DNA of 58,786 nucleotides, the filler included, from Trypethelium eluteriae (lineage: Eukaryota): the NCBI GenBank assembly GCA_051942245.1. It is 2 parts of 2 records of this genome, joined end to end, with 100 filler letters (N's around TTAATTAATTAA, not from the genome) between each part and the next. Parts side by side here need not be neighbours in the genome. Positions count along the whole stretch, not along the records: positions 1 to 29,355 come from JAVECL010000294.1; 1 more part is not named here. The stretch is one strand, 5' to 3'. Positions 11,764 through 22,764 of this stretch are shown here, piece by piece. A program made the position numbers and the translations under genes. The notes under the pieces were generated by a model. It was given only the letters and a program-made list of their open reading frames with translations, did not search any database and was not told the DNA's origin. Position 1 is the first letter of the stretch. Each line of letters opens with the position of its first letter.

Positions 11764-14700
11764 TCACAACTGCATCTTCGCAAACTGTTCAATCGTTTTT
11801 TCAAAGTTCTGCACCGCCGTTCGAGCATCATCTAGCTTCTTCAACTCGGCCGCACGCGTAACGTCGCTGGCCTGGTCAAAACCAGTCCGACCAATCAGCT
11901 CCTCTTGCTTCACCACGGTGCCTTGCGCCTTCTTCACCTTCTGCTCGAGCTTTTGGATCTCGGCGGCCTGGTCGGTGACCTTGTCGGATACATCGAGCAA
12001 GGCGGTGAGGTCGGAGGACACGACGAAGATGGCGCAACATTTGGGCGGGTCGAGGTCCGAGGGGCCAAGGGCTTCGAGTCTAGCAACGCCCTTGCCGGAA
12101 AGAGCTTTGATGGATAGACGTTGCTGTTCGATGACAGCGTGTATTTGGTCGGTGGAGGAGCGGATGTAGACATTGCTGCCCTCGTGGATTCCGTACTCGG
12201 CAATCAGTGATCGAGCAGCTCTTGCACTCCTGTGACCAGAGATTAGAATTGAAAGGGAAAACAGTTGTTAGATATTGCTTACTCCAAGACCAGTCCGTAT
12301 TGTTCAGCGTCCTCTGGAAAATCCTGAGCAGTGTTGTTCTGTGGATATGGAGCAAGCATGATTGAAGGAATCTCTTTCTCAGTTGCCTTCCTTGGTAAGC
12401 GTTGCCACAACTCTTCCGTAATAAATGGCATGAATGGATGCATCATTCGAAGGGCGCCATCCAAACAGGTGTATAGTGTGTTAGCCATGCTGAGCCGCTC
12501 TTCCGGAGTCCCAACGCTCAAAATCGCCTTGCTATTCTCCTAAGTCCAAGGTTAGACCACACTCAACTCCTGCGTTATCAAGCTTACTATAAACACGTCA
12601 CAAAGCTCGTCGTAGAAGAACCTAAACATGTCAGAAGTGTAGGCGGAGAGACAAAGCGACTCTTACTGGTAGATGATCTGGGTGCTTTTGGAGAACTCTC
12701 GGGCAGTAAGCGCGTTGTTAATGTTCTGGACTGCGGTGTTTAGTCGATGGAGTATCCATTTCTGACTTAGATCAAAGGGTGTCGACTCTTCGTTAGGGGT
12801 GAAGCCATCAGGCAATTGACCAAGTATGTACTTGCTCGCTTGCCAGATTTTATTGCAGAAGCGGCGATATGCATGCATGACTTTGATATCAAAGTTGATA
12901 TCACCGCCACCTGTTGTATATGATGCCAGGGTTAGGCGCAATGCATCAGCACCGCATTCCGGAATGCCCTGAGGAAATGCAGTCTTCTGATATTGCTTCG
13001 CTCTTGAGACCTCTTTCTCGTCCAGGTTGCCGGTCAGCAGCTTAGCATGGAGGGAATCAAGATCAATTCCATGGATAATATCAAGAGGATCAATGACATT
13101 GCCAAGGGATTTGCTCATCTTTCGACCATCAGAGTCGCGTATCAGGCTATGGCAGTAGACCTCGGTGAATGGGACTTTGCCGGTAAGCTTCAGAGACAAC
13201 ATAATCATTCGCGCAATCCAGAAGAATAGAATGTCCCACCCGGACTCGAGTAGACTGGTTGGAAAGAGCCTTGAAAAATCCAGATGTTCGGTATTTGGCC
13301 ACCCAAGGATAGCCATTGGCCAAAGACCAGAGCTGAACCAGGTACTGTCAATTGTTAGTTTAGTGAATGAGATATGGGTAGGATGAGAGTCGTACTCAAG
13401 GCAATCAGGGTCTCTTTCCAAACTGATCTTGTGCCCGGGATACTTTTCCTCCGCTTCTGCAAGAGCCTCTTCCTGAGACCTCGCGACAACCCAGCGTTCA
13501 TCTCCAGGGGCATCTTTAGAATTATCTTCGAAGTGCACCCGGTATGCCGGGATCTGATGTCCCCACCTATTTTGCTGTCAGTTAAAAGCAGTCACAATGC
13601 TTGTCAGGCGTGCTTACCAGAGCTGCCGAGACAGGCACCAGTCTTGAACGCCTGACATCCACCGCTCGTAGGATCGGCCAGCGGTGGGAGGAGAGATAGC
13701 GATGTCACCATGCTTCACGCTTTGTAGCGCAGCATCTGCCATCTCGGTCATTCGCATCCACCACTGGGGTTTAATCAAAGGTTCGACGACGTCCTTAGAT
13801 CTTTCGCAACGCGGGATCTTCATTGCATGGTCCTCCTGCTTCACGAACAGGCCGAGTTTTTTCAATTCCTCTACGACAGCATATCGTGCATCGAAGCGTT
13901 TCTGTCCTTCAAATTGAGGTCCCGCATTGTCATTTAGCGTTCCGTCATCGTTGAGGATGTTGATAAAGTCGAGATGATGAGTTTCTCCAAGCTTATAGTC
14001 GTTGAAGTCATGTGCCGGGGTCAATTTTACCGCGCCCGTGCCGAACTCGGTGTCCACATAGGGATCGGCAACGATCTTAAGCCTACGATCGGGGATGAAT
14101 GGGTGAACGGCAAACTTGCCAACGAGGTGAGCATATCTCTTGTCATCTGGATGAACGGCAATGCCTGTGTCTCCCAACATAGTTTCAGGTCTGGTCGTGG
14201 CAATCTCGATGGTCTCTTCAGAGTCCGAGAGCTTGTATTTGAAGTGAGTAAGGACTCCGAACTCGATCTTTCTCTCATATCCCGGCACTGAAAGCTTAGT
14301 CTTGGTGGTAATTTCCAGATTTTCCACCTCCAAGGTACTCAAAGCGGTGTTAAGCTGAACACACCAATTCACTAGTCGTTTTGACCGATATATATAGCGG
14401 TCGGAATGCAGTCGGCAGAATGCCTCAACAGTAGCCCGTGTCAGATTCTCGTCCATGGTGAAAGCCTCTCTTGACCAATCCATCGAACCACCCATTAACT
14501 TCTGTGAATTGTTAATTCTTTTGTGGTAGTCTTCCTTCCATTCCCACGCTGTTTTCACGAATTCTGATCGGCCAAGATCGTGGCGGGTCAACTTCTTCCG
14601 CTTCCACAACATCTTCTCGACCACTGATTGTGTCGCTATACCAGCGTGATCGCATCCTGGGGTCCATAATGTAGAGAAACCCCTAGACCCAGTGTTAGCG

Positions 14701-15235
14701 GGCAGAAGCTCTTGGGTATTCCACGTCAATACCTCATTCTGTGCCATCGAATCAGAATATCCTGGAGTGTGTTTGCTAAGGCGTGTCCGGCATGTAGGGC
14801 ACCGGTGATATTAGGAGGCGGGAGGGAAACGACGAACTTCCCCACAGGTAGAACCTGTCCGTCCGCGGTGAATTGGGGCTTGAAAAAACCGCTAGATTCC
14901 CACCATGAATACCAGCTCGATTCAATTGCTGACGGAGAATATGCTTGGAAAGAAGGATGGTCAAAGGGATATAGTTTTTTCTTTTGGCCAGCCGGCGTAT
15001 CGTCAACGAAGCTACTTGTTGGGACAGACGGTGTTGGCTTCTTGTCGAGTTCTGACTGGGGGTTTTTCTGCTGCTGTCCCTGCAACTTTGCTTGCTTCGC
15101 TGCGAACTTTGCAGCTTTGCTCGCACGCTGCTCATCCTTCGCCTCTGGAGGACGGCACATCAGTCAACTTGGGCTACTGTGAACGGAAGTAAAGGGTGAC
15201 GAACGCTGCTTGGCCGTCTTTGGTTTCTCGGACAT
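11764..15235 (-). CDS. VAS1: Valyl-tRNA synthetase, about 8 exons including a 34-nt micro-exon (12588-12621)
   Basis: [13 protein letters not shown] (HIGH motif), [10 protein letters not shown], editing domain TTRPET and [42 protein letters not shown]-like [13 protein letters not shown] and a C-terminal coiled coil ending at 11764. Possible upstream in-frame ATG at 15430. Confidence 0.95.
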
Positions 15236-15415
15236 GATGGTGTGCCGAATGGGAGCGGTAGAAGATTGAGGACGACAGTGACTTGGACCGACAGCGAGAT
15301 GGGCACAGAAACCACAGCGGATTCGCAGTGCCAGGCGAGAGTGCAAAGGTGCAGAATTGAATGCAGAGGTGTACGTCTGCAGAGCTATGATTCGATTTCT
15401 TCGCAGGCCGTGGCG

Positions 15416-15422
15416 TGACTCA
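15416..15422. promoter_or_regulatory. Gcn4/CpcA (cross-pathway control) element TGACTCA upstream of ValRS
   Basis: Perfect TGACTCA(T) about 180 bp upstream of ATG 15235; aaRS genes are known Gcn4/CpcA targets. A single short motif could be chance. Confidence 0.5.
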
Positions 15423-15942
15423 TGCCACATGTGGTGGATAGCGAAGTAAGCAAGCAGGTGAATATGATGAGCGATTTGCAGATCAGCAGTGTGACAGTCC
15501 GTCAAATTGGGATATATGGACAGAGGAAATAAAAAATTTCAATGAATTCATAGGAATTCATGTCATTTCTATCAACTCTCTAGGTATTATCTCCATGATG
15601 TTGTGCACGGATGTGGCTTGTGCTCTTCAATAAGGCGGGCTGTGCGCGGCGGACACCAGCACGAACCGAAGGAAGTTCGGGGGGCACTCTGCAAGTACCC
15701 CACGGTGCCACCTCGAGACAGAGCGAGAGCCAGTCCTACCATAACATTGCGACCAGGGCCGAAACTCTTTGGACGAAGCAGAAGCCGCTGGTTCTCCGCA
15801 ATATGCCTGTCATGATTCGACAAGCAAAATTCTGTTCTGGTTTCCTGCATTGCTAAACTTGGTAGGAAACCTCTCATCCCGATATTTGGGCCCCGGTTAG
15901 TGGAGAATATAAGAATTTTATGCACAGCAAGGTCTGAATGTG

Positions 15943-15993
15943 TGCACCAGGCCAATAGCTGCACCAGGCCAAGAGCTGCACTAAGCCAATGGG
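15943..15993. repeat. Three tandem 17-bp repeats (tgcaccaggccaatagc) in the ValRS/Smr divergent intergenic region
   Basis: tgcaccaggccaatagc / tgcaccaggccaagagc / tgcactaagccaatggg. Confidence 0.75.
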
Positions 15994-16304
15994 TACGCTC
16001 ACCTCCCGAAACCCGTTTCTAGCGAAAGTCGATCTCACGTAATGAAGAGTTTCGTCCACAGCAGACCGCGCTTCTCAGCGTCCTTGCGAAGCACGATTCG
16101 CTGTATTCCAGCGTGCTCGGTGACGGTCGCAAGACATCCAAGTTAAAGGATGATCAGCTATCACGAGCACACCACAGCCCCTCATCAGTTGCAGCTTGAG
16201 ACAAGTTCCCCTGGTCCCGCGGTTGATTGCTGCCTCCTCTGAGTAACAAGATTACCTACACCCAACCCGTCGCTACCCTTTCTCCTGCGCCGCCCATCAC
16301 AACT

Positions 16305-16934
16305 ATGGGTCAAACACCATCCACTCCCACCACATCTCTCCTCGCAGAAGCAGAGACCCGCCGCGCCCAGGCCCGTCATCTACGCAATGAAGCAGTCCTA
16401 CAATACTCCGCAAGCAGGAAGGCTTGGGAAGCTGGCGATCGGTCCTCTGCGGCAAGCCACAAAGCACGGAGGCTGCAGTTTCAGCGGGATGCGAACCTCA
16501 TGGACAAAGAAGCTGCCGATATGGCGTTCCGACACTACAATGGGAGGTACGATGGCGAAGAGAAGGTAGAGCTTACAATCGATCTGCATGGGCTGTACGT
16601 GGAGGAGGCCCTGGGGAAGTTGAGAGCGCATTTGGTGAGAGGCAAGAGGTGGGCGAGGCAGAGGGGACTGAGGGGTGGAAGCATGAGGGTCATAACAGGG
16701 CGAGGGAACAGGAGCAAGAATGGAGTGGCGGTGATTAAGCCAAGGGTACAAGAGTGGTGTAGAACTCAGGGTTTGAGGGTGGAGCAGCCGAAGAACGAGG
16801 GGCTATTGATTGTGCATTTCGATGCCGATGGAGGTGCGGTTGAACAACAACGCGGGAAGTCTTGGCTTTGGCTTTGGATGCTGCTTGGTGGTGGGCTGGT
16901 CTATTACCTCGGAAAGAGAAAGTTCTGGCGGTAA
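16305..16934 (+). CDS. Smr domain protein (DUF1771-like + Smr) with C-terminal hydrophobic tail
   Basis: A helical segment (ASRKAWEAGDRSSAASHK) is followed by IDLHGLYVEEA, VITGRGNRS and IKPRV. The C-terminus is WLWLWMLLGGGLVYYLGKRKFWR. Confidence 0.85.
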   Translation: MGQTPSTPTTSLLAEAETRRAQARHLRNEAVLQYSASRKAWEAGDRSSAASHKARRLQFQRDANLMDKEAADMAFRHYNGRYDGEEKVELTIDLHGLYVEEALGKLRAHLVRGKRWARQRGLRGGSMRVITGRGNRSKNGVAVIKPRVQEWCRTQGLRVEQPKNEGLLIVHFDADGGAVEQQRGKSWLWLWMLLGGGLVYYLGKRKFWR

Positions 16935-17266
16935 AATAAGAGAAAATCGAGGAGTCACGTCACTATGGTAGTCATTCGAAAAAAATGTCCGCTCACTGGC
17001 ACGGGAAAATTGCAGGGGCTTGTCCATACACTTTTGTCCTAGTACTGTATCTTCAGTTCAGAGGATTGATCCTTACTAGCAATGTGTCAAGGTACGATGA
17101 AGTAGAAAGGTCTATAGATATTACTCACCGGATTTCGAGTTAAACGCTAGCCGCAGATTTGTCTTCAATGACTCCGGCAGTTGCCTTTGACAGCCCTGAC
17201 TGCCATCTTCGCGCGACTTTACTCCTGGGCACGAAGAGAGACCTTCCTGCGAGATCTTCAAAACAG

Positions 17267-17451
17267 TACCTTACCGCGGCTGGGGGGTTTCTCAACTGGT
17301 AATCAATACATTGTTACCTCAGTTTACCTGTTATGACGTTGTTGGCCCATATTAACGCTGCCTTAACATGGCCCAATATGGTTATAACAGTAAAGTCGAA
17401 ATAACATTGTATTGATTACCAATTGAGGAACCCCCCAGCCGCGGTAAGGTA
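17267..17451 (-). mobile_element. MITE copy 2 (inverted relative to copy 1)
   Basis: TA-ccttaccgcggctggggggtttctcaactgg ... ccaattgaggaaccccccagccgcggtaagg-TA. Internal aaagtcgaaataac is the reverse complement of copy 1's gttatttcgacttt. Confidence 0.9.
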
Positions 17452-17740
17452 GGGTAAGGTTGCCTCGGTCACGTTGAATTTGCTTTGATAGTACCTTCAT
17501 GCTTCTTTCTCCATTCCTCTATGGACAGTCAACAAAATACCTACTTACCTCCATTGACGAGGCAACAAGATATCTTCCCTCCCTGGACCCCAAGATACTT
17601 GTGCTTCCCGCACGAAAATACAAACTCATCCGCAAAAGCCATTCGGTTGTCCTGGGGCTCTCTTAGAGTCGCCTGTTCCGACATCTCAAGCTTCCACCCA
17701 CAGACCTCCGCATTGGGAAAGTGACCGCCGGTGGGCCACA

Positions 17741-18862
17741 CTAGCGAGGTCCCCGAGTAGGGCAGAATGCGCCTTCTTTCTTCTCATCGCCGTGTTCGTG
17801 CCACGCACACCTATTGTCGTGCTCAATGTCCGCTGTCGATCCTTGCGTCGATCCTGCCGTCTGATCTCTATACTTGGCAAAATCGAAGAAGAACTCGCCA
17901 AGTGCGGAGCTGAATGATGACGGCTTCTCCAGCTCGTTAATTCGCCCGTACTGTTGAATGCTCTTCACTGCGAGTTTTCGGAGCATCATCGACCCAGGCA
18001 TCGTATTCCCATATACCAGTTCAATGTGTTCCCAGTCCATGAACCTCTTCCACTCCATGTCGAGCAGTTCTTCAATGACTCGATCTCGGAGTTCGCTGAC
18101 GTTAAATTTGTCTGCCAAAATATAGAGATGTATGATCGTTGTTAATGCCAAGCCAGGGTCAATAATAGTACACTTTAAGTACTGCTCACCGGCCATACTA
18201 CTGAACTCTTTGCATCTCCATTTGAGACCTGTGAGCTTCCGATCTTCAGTTATAAAAGCGGACCTATCGCTAGGACCAAGGAACTTCTTGGCTACTTGCT
18301 CAGTCTTGACCTCAATATTTGTGATGAAGCGTTTCTGATCATCGTAAGTGAGATCAGGCTGTTCCTTCCTATCCAGGTAGCCGAAGTAATAGCAACGTAG
18401 CGATAGAACTGGCAAAGATAAATGTGGGATTTTCTTTATGTCCGTCTGCTGTAAATGCGACAGGTGTGTTACCTCATCTGCAACGCATGTCCTTGAAAAG
18501 TCCCTGGTTTGGTTGGGTTCTTTGAATTCTTCCTCATCTCTCAAGCAATGAATCATGTAATTGAATTCGCCAGTACACATCCACTGAAGGAACATCTCGA
18601 AAATCTTCGGATCTTCATCCTCTAGCTTAATGTCCTTGGGGCTTCTCATCCACCTGCTGCTTGTTGCCGCCTCGAAATAGGAAGAGTGAGCTGCTAATAG
18701 AGATTTGAAGACATGGAAAGTCCTGACACCACCAGGTTCTTTTGTGTCACCGACTACGACAGGAATCTTCGGCCCGCTAGCTTCGTTTCGTAATGTCTTC
18801 GCATGAGGGCTGAGTCGTGGATGAGGGAAGTATGTGGATTCCCATGAGTCAAATCGCTCCAT
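17741..18862 (-). CDS. BTB/POZ domain protein (paralog 2), 373 aa
   Basis: VVVG..TFHVFKSLLAAHSSYFEAA..IKLEDEDPKIFEMFLQWMCTG; later LYILADKFNVSELRDRVI and LVYGNTMPGS. Confidence 0.82.
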   Translation of the reverse strand: MERFDSWESTYFPHPRLSPHAKTLRNEASGPKIPVVVGDTKEPGGVRTFHVFKSLLAAHSSYFEAATSSRWMRSPKDIKLEDEDPKIFEMFLQWMCTGEFNYMIHCLRDEEEFKEPNQTRDFSRTCVADEVTHLSHLQQTDIKKIPHLSLPVLSLRCYYFGYLDRKEQPDLTYDDQKRFITNIEVKTEQVAKKFLGPSDRSAFITEDRKLTGLKWRCKEFSSMAGEQYLKCTIIDPGLALTTIIHLYILADKFNVSELRDRVIEELLDMEWKRFMDWEHIELVYGNTMPGSMMLRKLAVKSIQQYGRINELEKPSSFSSALGEFFFDFAKYRDQTAGSTQGSTADIEHDNRCAWHEHGDEKKEGAFCPTRGPR

Positions 18863-19325
18863 CGTCGGAGATTGATTCTGTAGAAGTTTTCCGAGGTCGC
18901 GTGATGAGTGTTGAGTTTGTTACGATGAGCGAGGATGTAGTGGAGGGTGAAATCTGAATGACCTTGCAAGCACTATTTATTGACTGCGAACTCGTAAGGT
19001 ATCTGCAGAACTCACAAATCTGCAGAGATCACAACAATCCTAGCGAGTGACAGTCCTAAAAAGGAATCTACACCAAGGGTTTGGGGGCCGCTACACCAAA
19101 ATGCAATGCGAGTCTCATGTCTTTGTTCGTTGCCCTCGATGGTAAGCGGCGATGAATGGCGTGAAGTAACAAGAAGCAATCGTACAATAAATAGCAACGA
19201 GCTGTATCGGCTGAGGGTACAGGATTCTAAGATACTGTCTAATCCCCCTCTGCAGTAATCCATATGCCGCTTCGTGTCTTCAATGGTACTACAGTGAGAC
19301 TTAGGATAGAGCCTAGAGTGCTGTC

Positions 19326-19509
19326 TACCTTACGGCAGCTGGAGGTTCCTCAACTGTTAATTAATACAACGTCACCTCAGCTCAAGTGTTATGACTATGT
19401 TGGCTCATGTTAAGGCGGTGTTAACATAGACCAACAAGGTCATCACATCAAAGTTGAAATAACGTTGTGTTAATTTCCAATTGAGGAACTCCCCAGCCGC
19501 TGTAAAGTA
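19326..19509 (-). mobile_element. MITE copy 3 (most diverged; same orientation as copy 2)
   Basis: TA-ccttacggcagctggaggttcctcaactg ... ccaattgaggaactccccagccgctgtaaag-TA. Confidence 0.85.
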
Positions 19510-19948
19510 TGCTCCCTTTGCTTGGTACACGGTTGACAGAAAAAATCGGACATCGAAACTGGGGGGTGCCTCATTCAAAAAGCGACCATACTCTACTTCC
19601 TCTGTAGAGTAGACTGTCTCTACCAACCAAGCCAATCACAAATAAATATATGTTTGATTTCTAGTAGATGTAGACATATCATAATCCAACTTCATAGTAT
19701 TTGCTAAGTTCAGCTTGTACTATACTCCCGACTGGAACTCACAATGGTTCACGGACGACATTTCCAGATGGTATTAGCTTTGATGCGAGTGAGCGATAGG
19801 TATCGATTGGAAACAGTGAGTCTTGTTCAGCGAGGATATATGTACATGATGTACTTTGGTTGCTACCTGAGGCCTCAACGCACGAAGAATAAGGGCAACG
19901 GGCGTTGTCGACGTGCTTGCCATCATGTTAAGATGTTAGACAGGTTTT

Positions 19949-21859
19949 TTACAACTTCCTCTCCAAAGAAGTCCTCAACGCCTTAAGTTGCACTTTATTC
20001 GCCTTCCCTGTCCCGGGATCGATCTCAAAAACAAGACTCTCAAGACCAATGTTCTCGTAAGTTATCAGATCCATCTCTCCCCATGTCAAACAGTTGATGT
20101 CGAAGGGGCCGGTATATTTGCCACGCTCTAGTAAAGCCAACCTCATTTCCGGAGTAAAGATTATTGGGTTGAATCCGAAAATCAATGTAGTCACCACTTG
20201 TGCTATCTAGACCTATAACTTCTTCAAATATCTTTGTGCCATTGCTGACCCAATTTTCGACCCGAAGGGCTGGCTGAATGTCGACTAAGACGGTTAAGGA
20301 GGAGTTCAGACCGCTTGCAATTGAAGTATAGTGGCCCGCAAATGTAGCATTTGCTTGCTGTCTAGCCACATTTTCAAGTGCCGGTAGTATGGAAGAGCCA
20401 AGCATCTCGGCGATGAAGTAGACGTTCTTTGCTCCGACATTCGATCCGATTAGGTTAGCCGTCAAGATGCTGAATCCAAATTTGAAATCTGGAACCAGTA
20501 CCAATAGCGTTGCATAGGCTCCCCAGCCGCCATCCTTAGTGTACAGATCGACTGTGCGACCACCAACTTGAGCCCGATAGATCTCCCAGGGAGCTCCAAC
20601 AGCCATGTTAATGCCTGCTGTAAATGTGACTGGTTTCATCCATCGTCTTGTCTGGGCTGGGGCTAAAGTGTGCTATTCAGTATTGCTTTCCCTAAAGTAG
20701 CCACATCCTCTAAACTAGAAAAATGACCACCCGCACTAAATCAGAGGTTTGTTAGCATTCATTCTCTATTCGTTGAGCAGGGGTCTGTCTTGGGTGTCCT
20801 TACGGGCCCAGAATTCCCGCGTCATTAGCCCACCCGGATACGGTTGTGTTTCCTGGAATAACACCATTCTGAGTGCTCTTGGGGACAGCGTAGCTGGTGT
20901 CATGCAGGGCAAGGGGCCTCACTATGCCTTCCGTAAACAAATCTCCAACCTTGGAGCCTGTGATTCTTTCTAATGCCAGTCCGAGCAATTCGAACCCGTT
21001 ATTGCTGTACATGGGAGAGCAGCCAGAACGGAAGAGGGCTGGCTCAGTGATCAAGCCGTGGAGCAAGTCTATCTCGAATTCAGTGAAAGACCACCTTCTG
21101 CAACCAACTTATTTATCTTGAGCATCGCAAGTCTTGTAGCTATTATTTGCAAAAAAACAACCACAAATAGGAATTTGGTCAGTAGGGAGTGGTGGTAAGC
21201 CCGGTTTTGTCGTCCACGGGTATGCGATGTCATTGACTCCATCTATCCTGGTCAGAGGCTCAATCAACACATTTCAGAGGGGACGATCAATCGAACGTAC
21301 AATCATGGGATAGCCCTGACATATGACTGGCAAGCTGTCCGAGGGTTGTTTCGTTCCAGTCTGGTGTCATTCCGTTTTGTGATTTGACAGTCTTGGAGTC
21401 TCTGACAAGTTCTGGGATATACTTCGCGATGGGATCATTGAAACGTTGATCTCCTACACTGATGAGGAACGAGTAGACGGTCAGGAGCTTTCCTATGCTT
21501 CCAAGACGATAAATGGACCTGGAGTCCACCTGTTGCGTTCCAAAACTGCTGTTTCGTACAGCTGGGTCGGTATAATGACGTTGATAAAGTAGGCCGTCTT
21601 CCGAGGTGCTGAACATGCCGATTGACATGGTTGTAGTATTGAACTGACCAGGACCGTTCGTGGATAAATCAGTTTCCAAGGCTTTTTCCAGAGCATCTTC
21701 AAACGATCCTACTGCCGCCTGAAACAGCTTCTCAGAGCTCAGACCGACCGGTGCGGGAAATGCTGGTCCCAAGACTGGACAGATCTTTGTGCTCGTGTCT
21801 GCGGCGATCGAGGCTCCTACAAACACGACTGTAGCTAGCGCATAGAGATTGACACGCAT
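19949..21859 (-). pseudogene. Secreted beta-lactamase-family serine hydrolase, disrupted
   Basis: Signal peptide MRVNLYALATVVFVGASIA, SxxK (GSIGK), YSN and TKDG motifs. Lesions: likely donor GT>AT at 21116 (unspliced read hits TAA), a 1-nt frameshift at ~20664 (NSTL/APAQTRRWMKP) and a second frameshift at ~20115. Confidence 0.8.
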
Positions 21860-22109
21860 TTTGCTGAAGGCAATAGTCTAAATATCTGGAATTGACAAGA
21901 GATAAAAGATGAGAGTGACTATGATTACAACAGCAGCGTTGAAGGGAGACTATATAGAAGAAAAAGACAGGCTTTCATTTTGAGACCTACAAAGCATATA
22001 CCAAGCTGACTTCAATACGATGATGCCAATGCCCTGATTGTTCTGAGGTATACGAGCGTGATGAGCTCGGACGAAGCTTTGTAGATGTCCGACTGCGGGT
22101 CATTACTTG

Positions 22110-22505
22110 TTGTGATATAATGACTGCAGATCATTCGTAAAGTCAGGGGCGTTGATTGGCGGGTACAAGATGTTGTTCACTAGTAAGCACACCGCTGTAT
22201 AGCTCCCGAGCCGACTCAGACGACGAGGTCTCGCAAAGGTCATGGTATTTATTGGCTACCCACACCCTGAGGTCACTCTCGGTGTTTTAAGAAAGTTATC
22301 TTGTCATTCTCTCTCCTTTGTGATATCTCCGTGATTTACTCTTCGTAAAATCCGGGGTTCTGATTGGCGGATACAACATGTCGCTCACCTAAGCAACCAA
22401 GCACGCCGTTGCGTAGGCCCCTGCCTGCCCTTTAGACGGTCAAGGTCTCGCATAAGTTGTGGTATTTATTGGCTGCCTGCACCTTGATATCTTTTGCGGG
22501 TTGAA
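22110..22505. repeat. Degenerate tandem duplication, period ~208 bp, in the divergent promoter
   Basis: Colinear blocks tgtgatat..ttcgtaaa..gggg..tgattggcgg.tacaa.atgt..aagcac.ccg..aggtctcgca..tggtatttattggct.cc..cacc start at ~22110 and ~22318. Confidence 0.75.
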
Positions 22506-22764
22506 AGTACGTTGTCTATTCCATATTGTACCAATCATTTCACCTTTGGGCCGCATGTACTGATAGTCTGGAGGTAAAAGAGGCTCAGCGAGGCTGTGGA
22601 GTCTTGTAATCGCAGCCTTTCCGTTCGTTAGCGCACTCATTTGGTTTCTCGGGCTTTCTGCGATTGTGTGATCTGCAAGATTCCCTCTTTGGGACTTAGT
22701 CAATGAATGAGAAAGCAAAGGAGCTCTTTCACTAGTACGACAATCGCTAGGGTGACTCAAGAAC

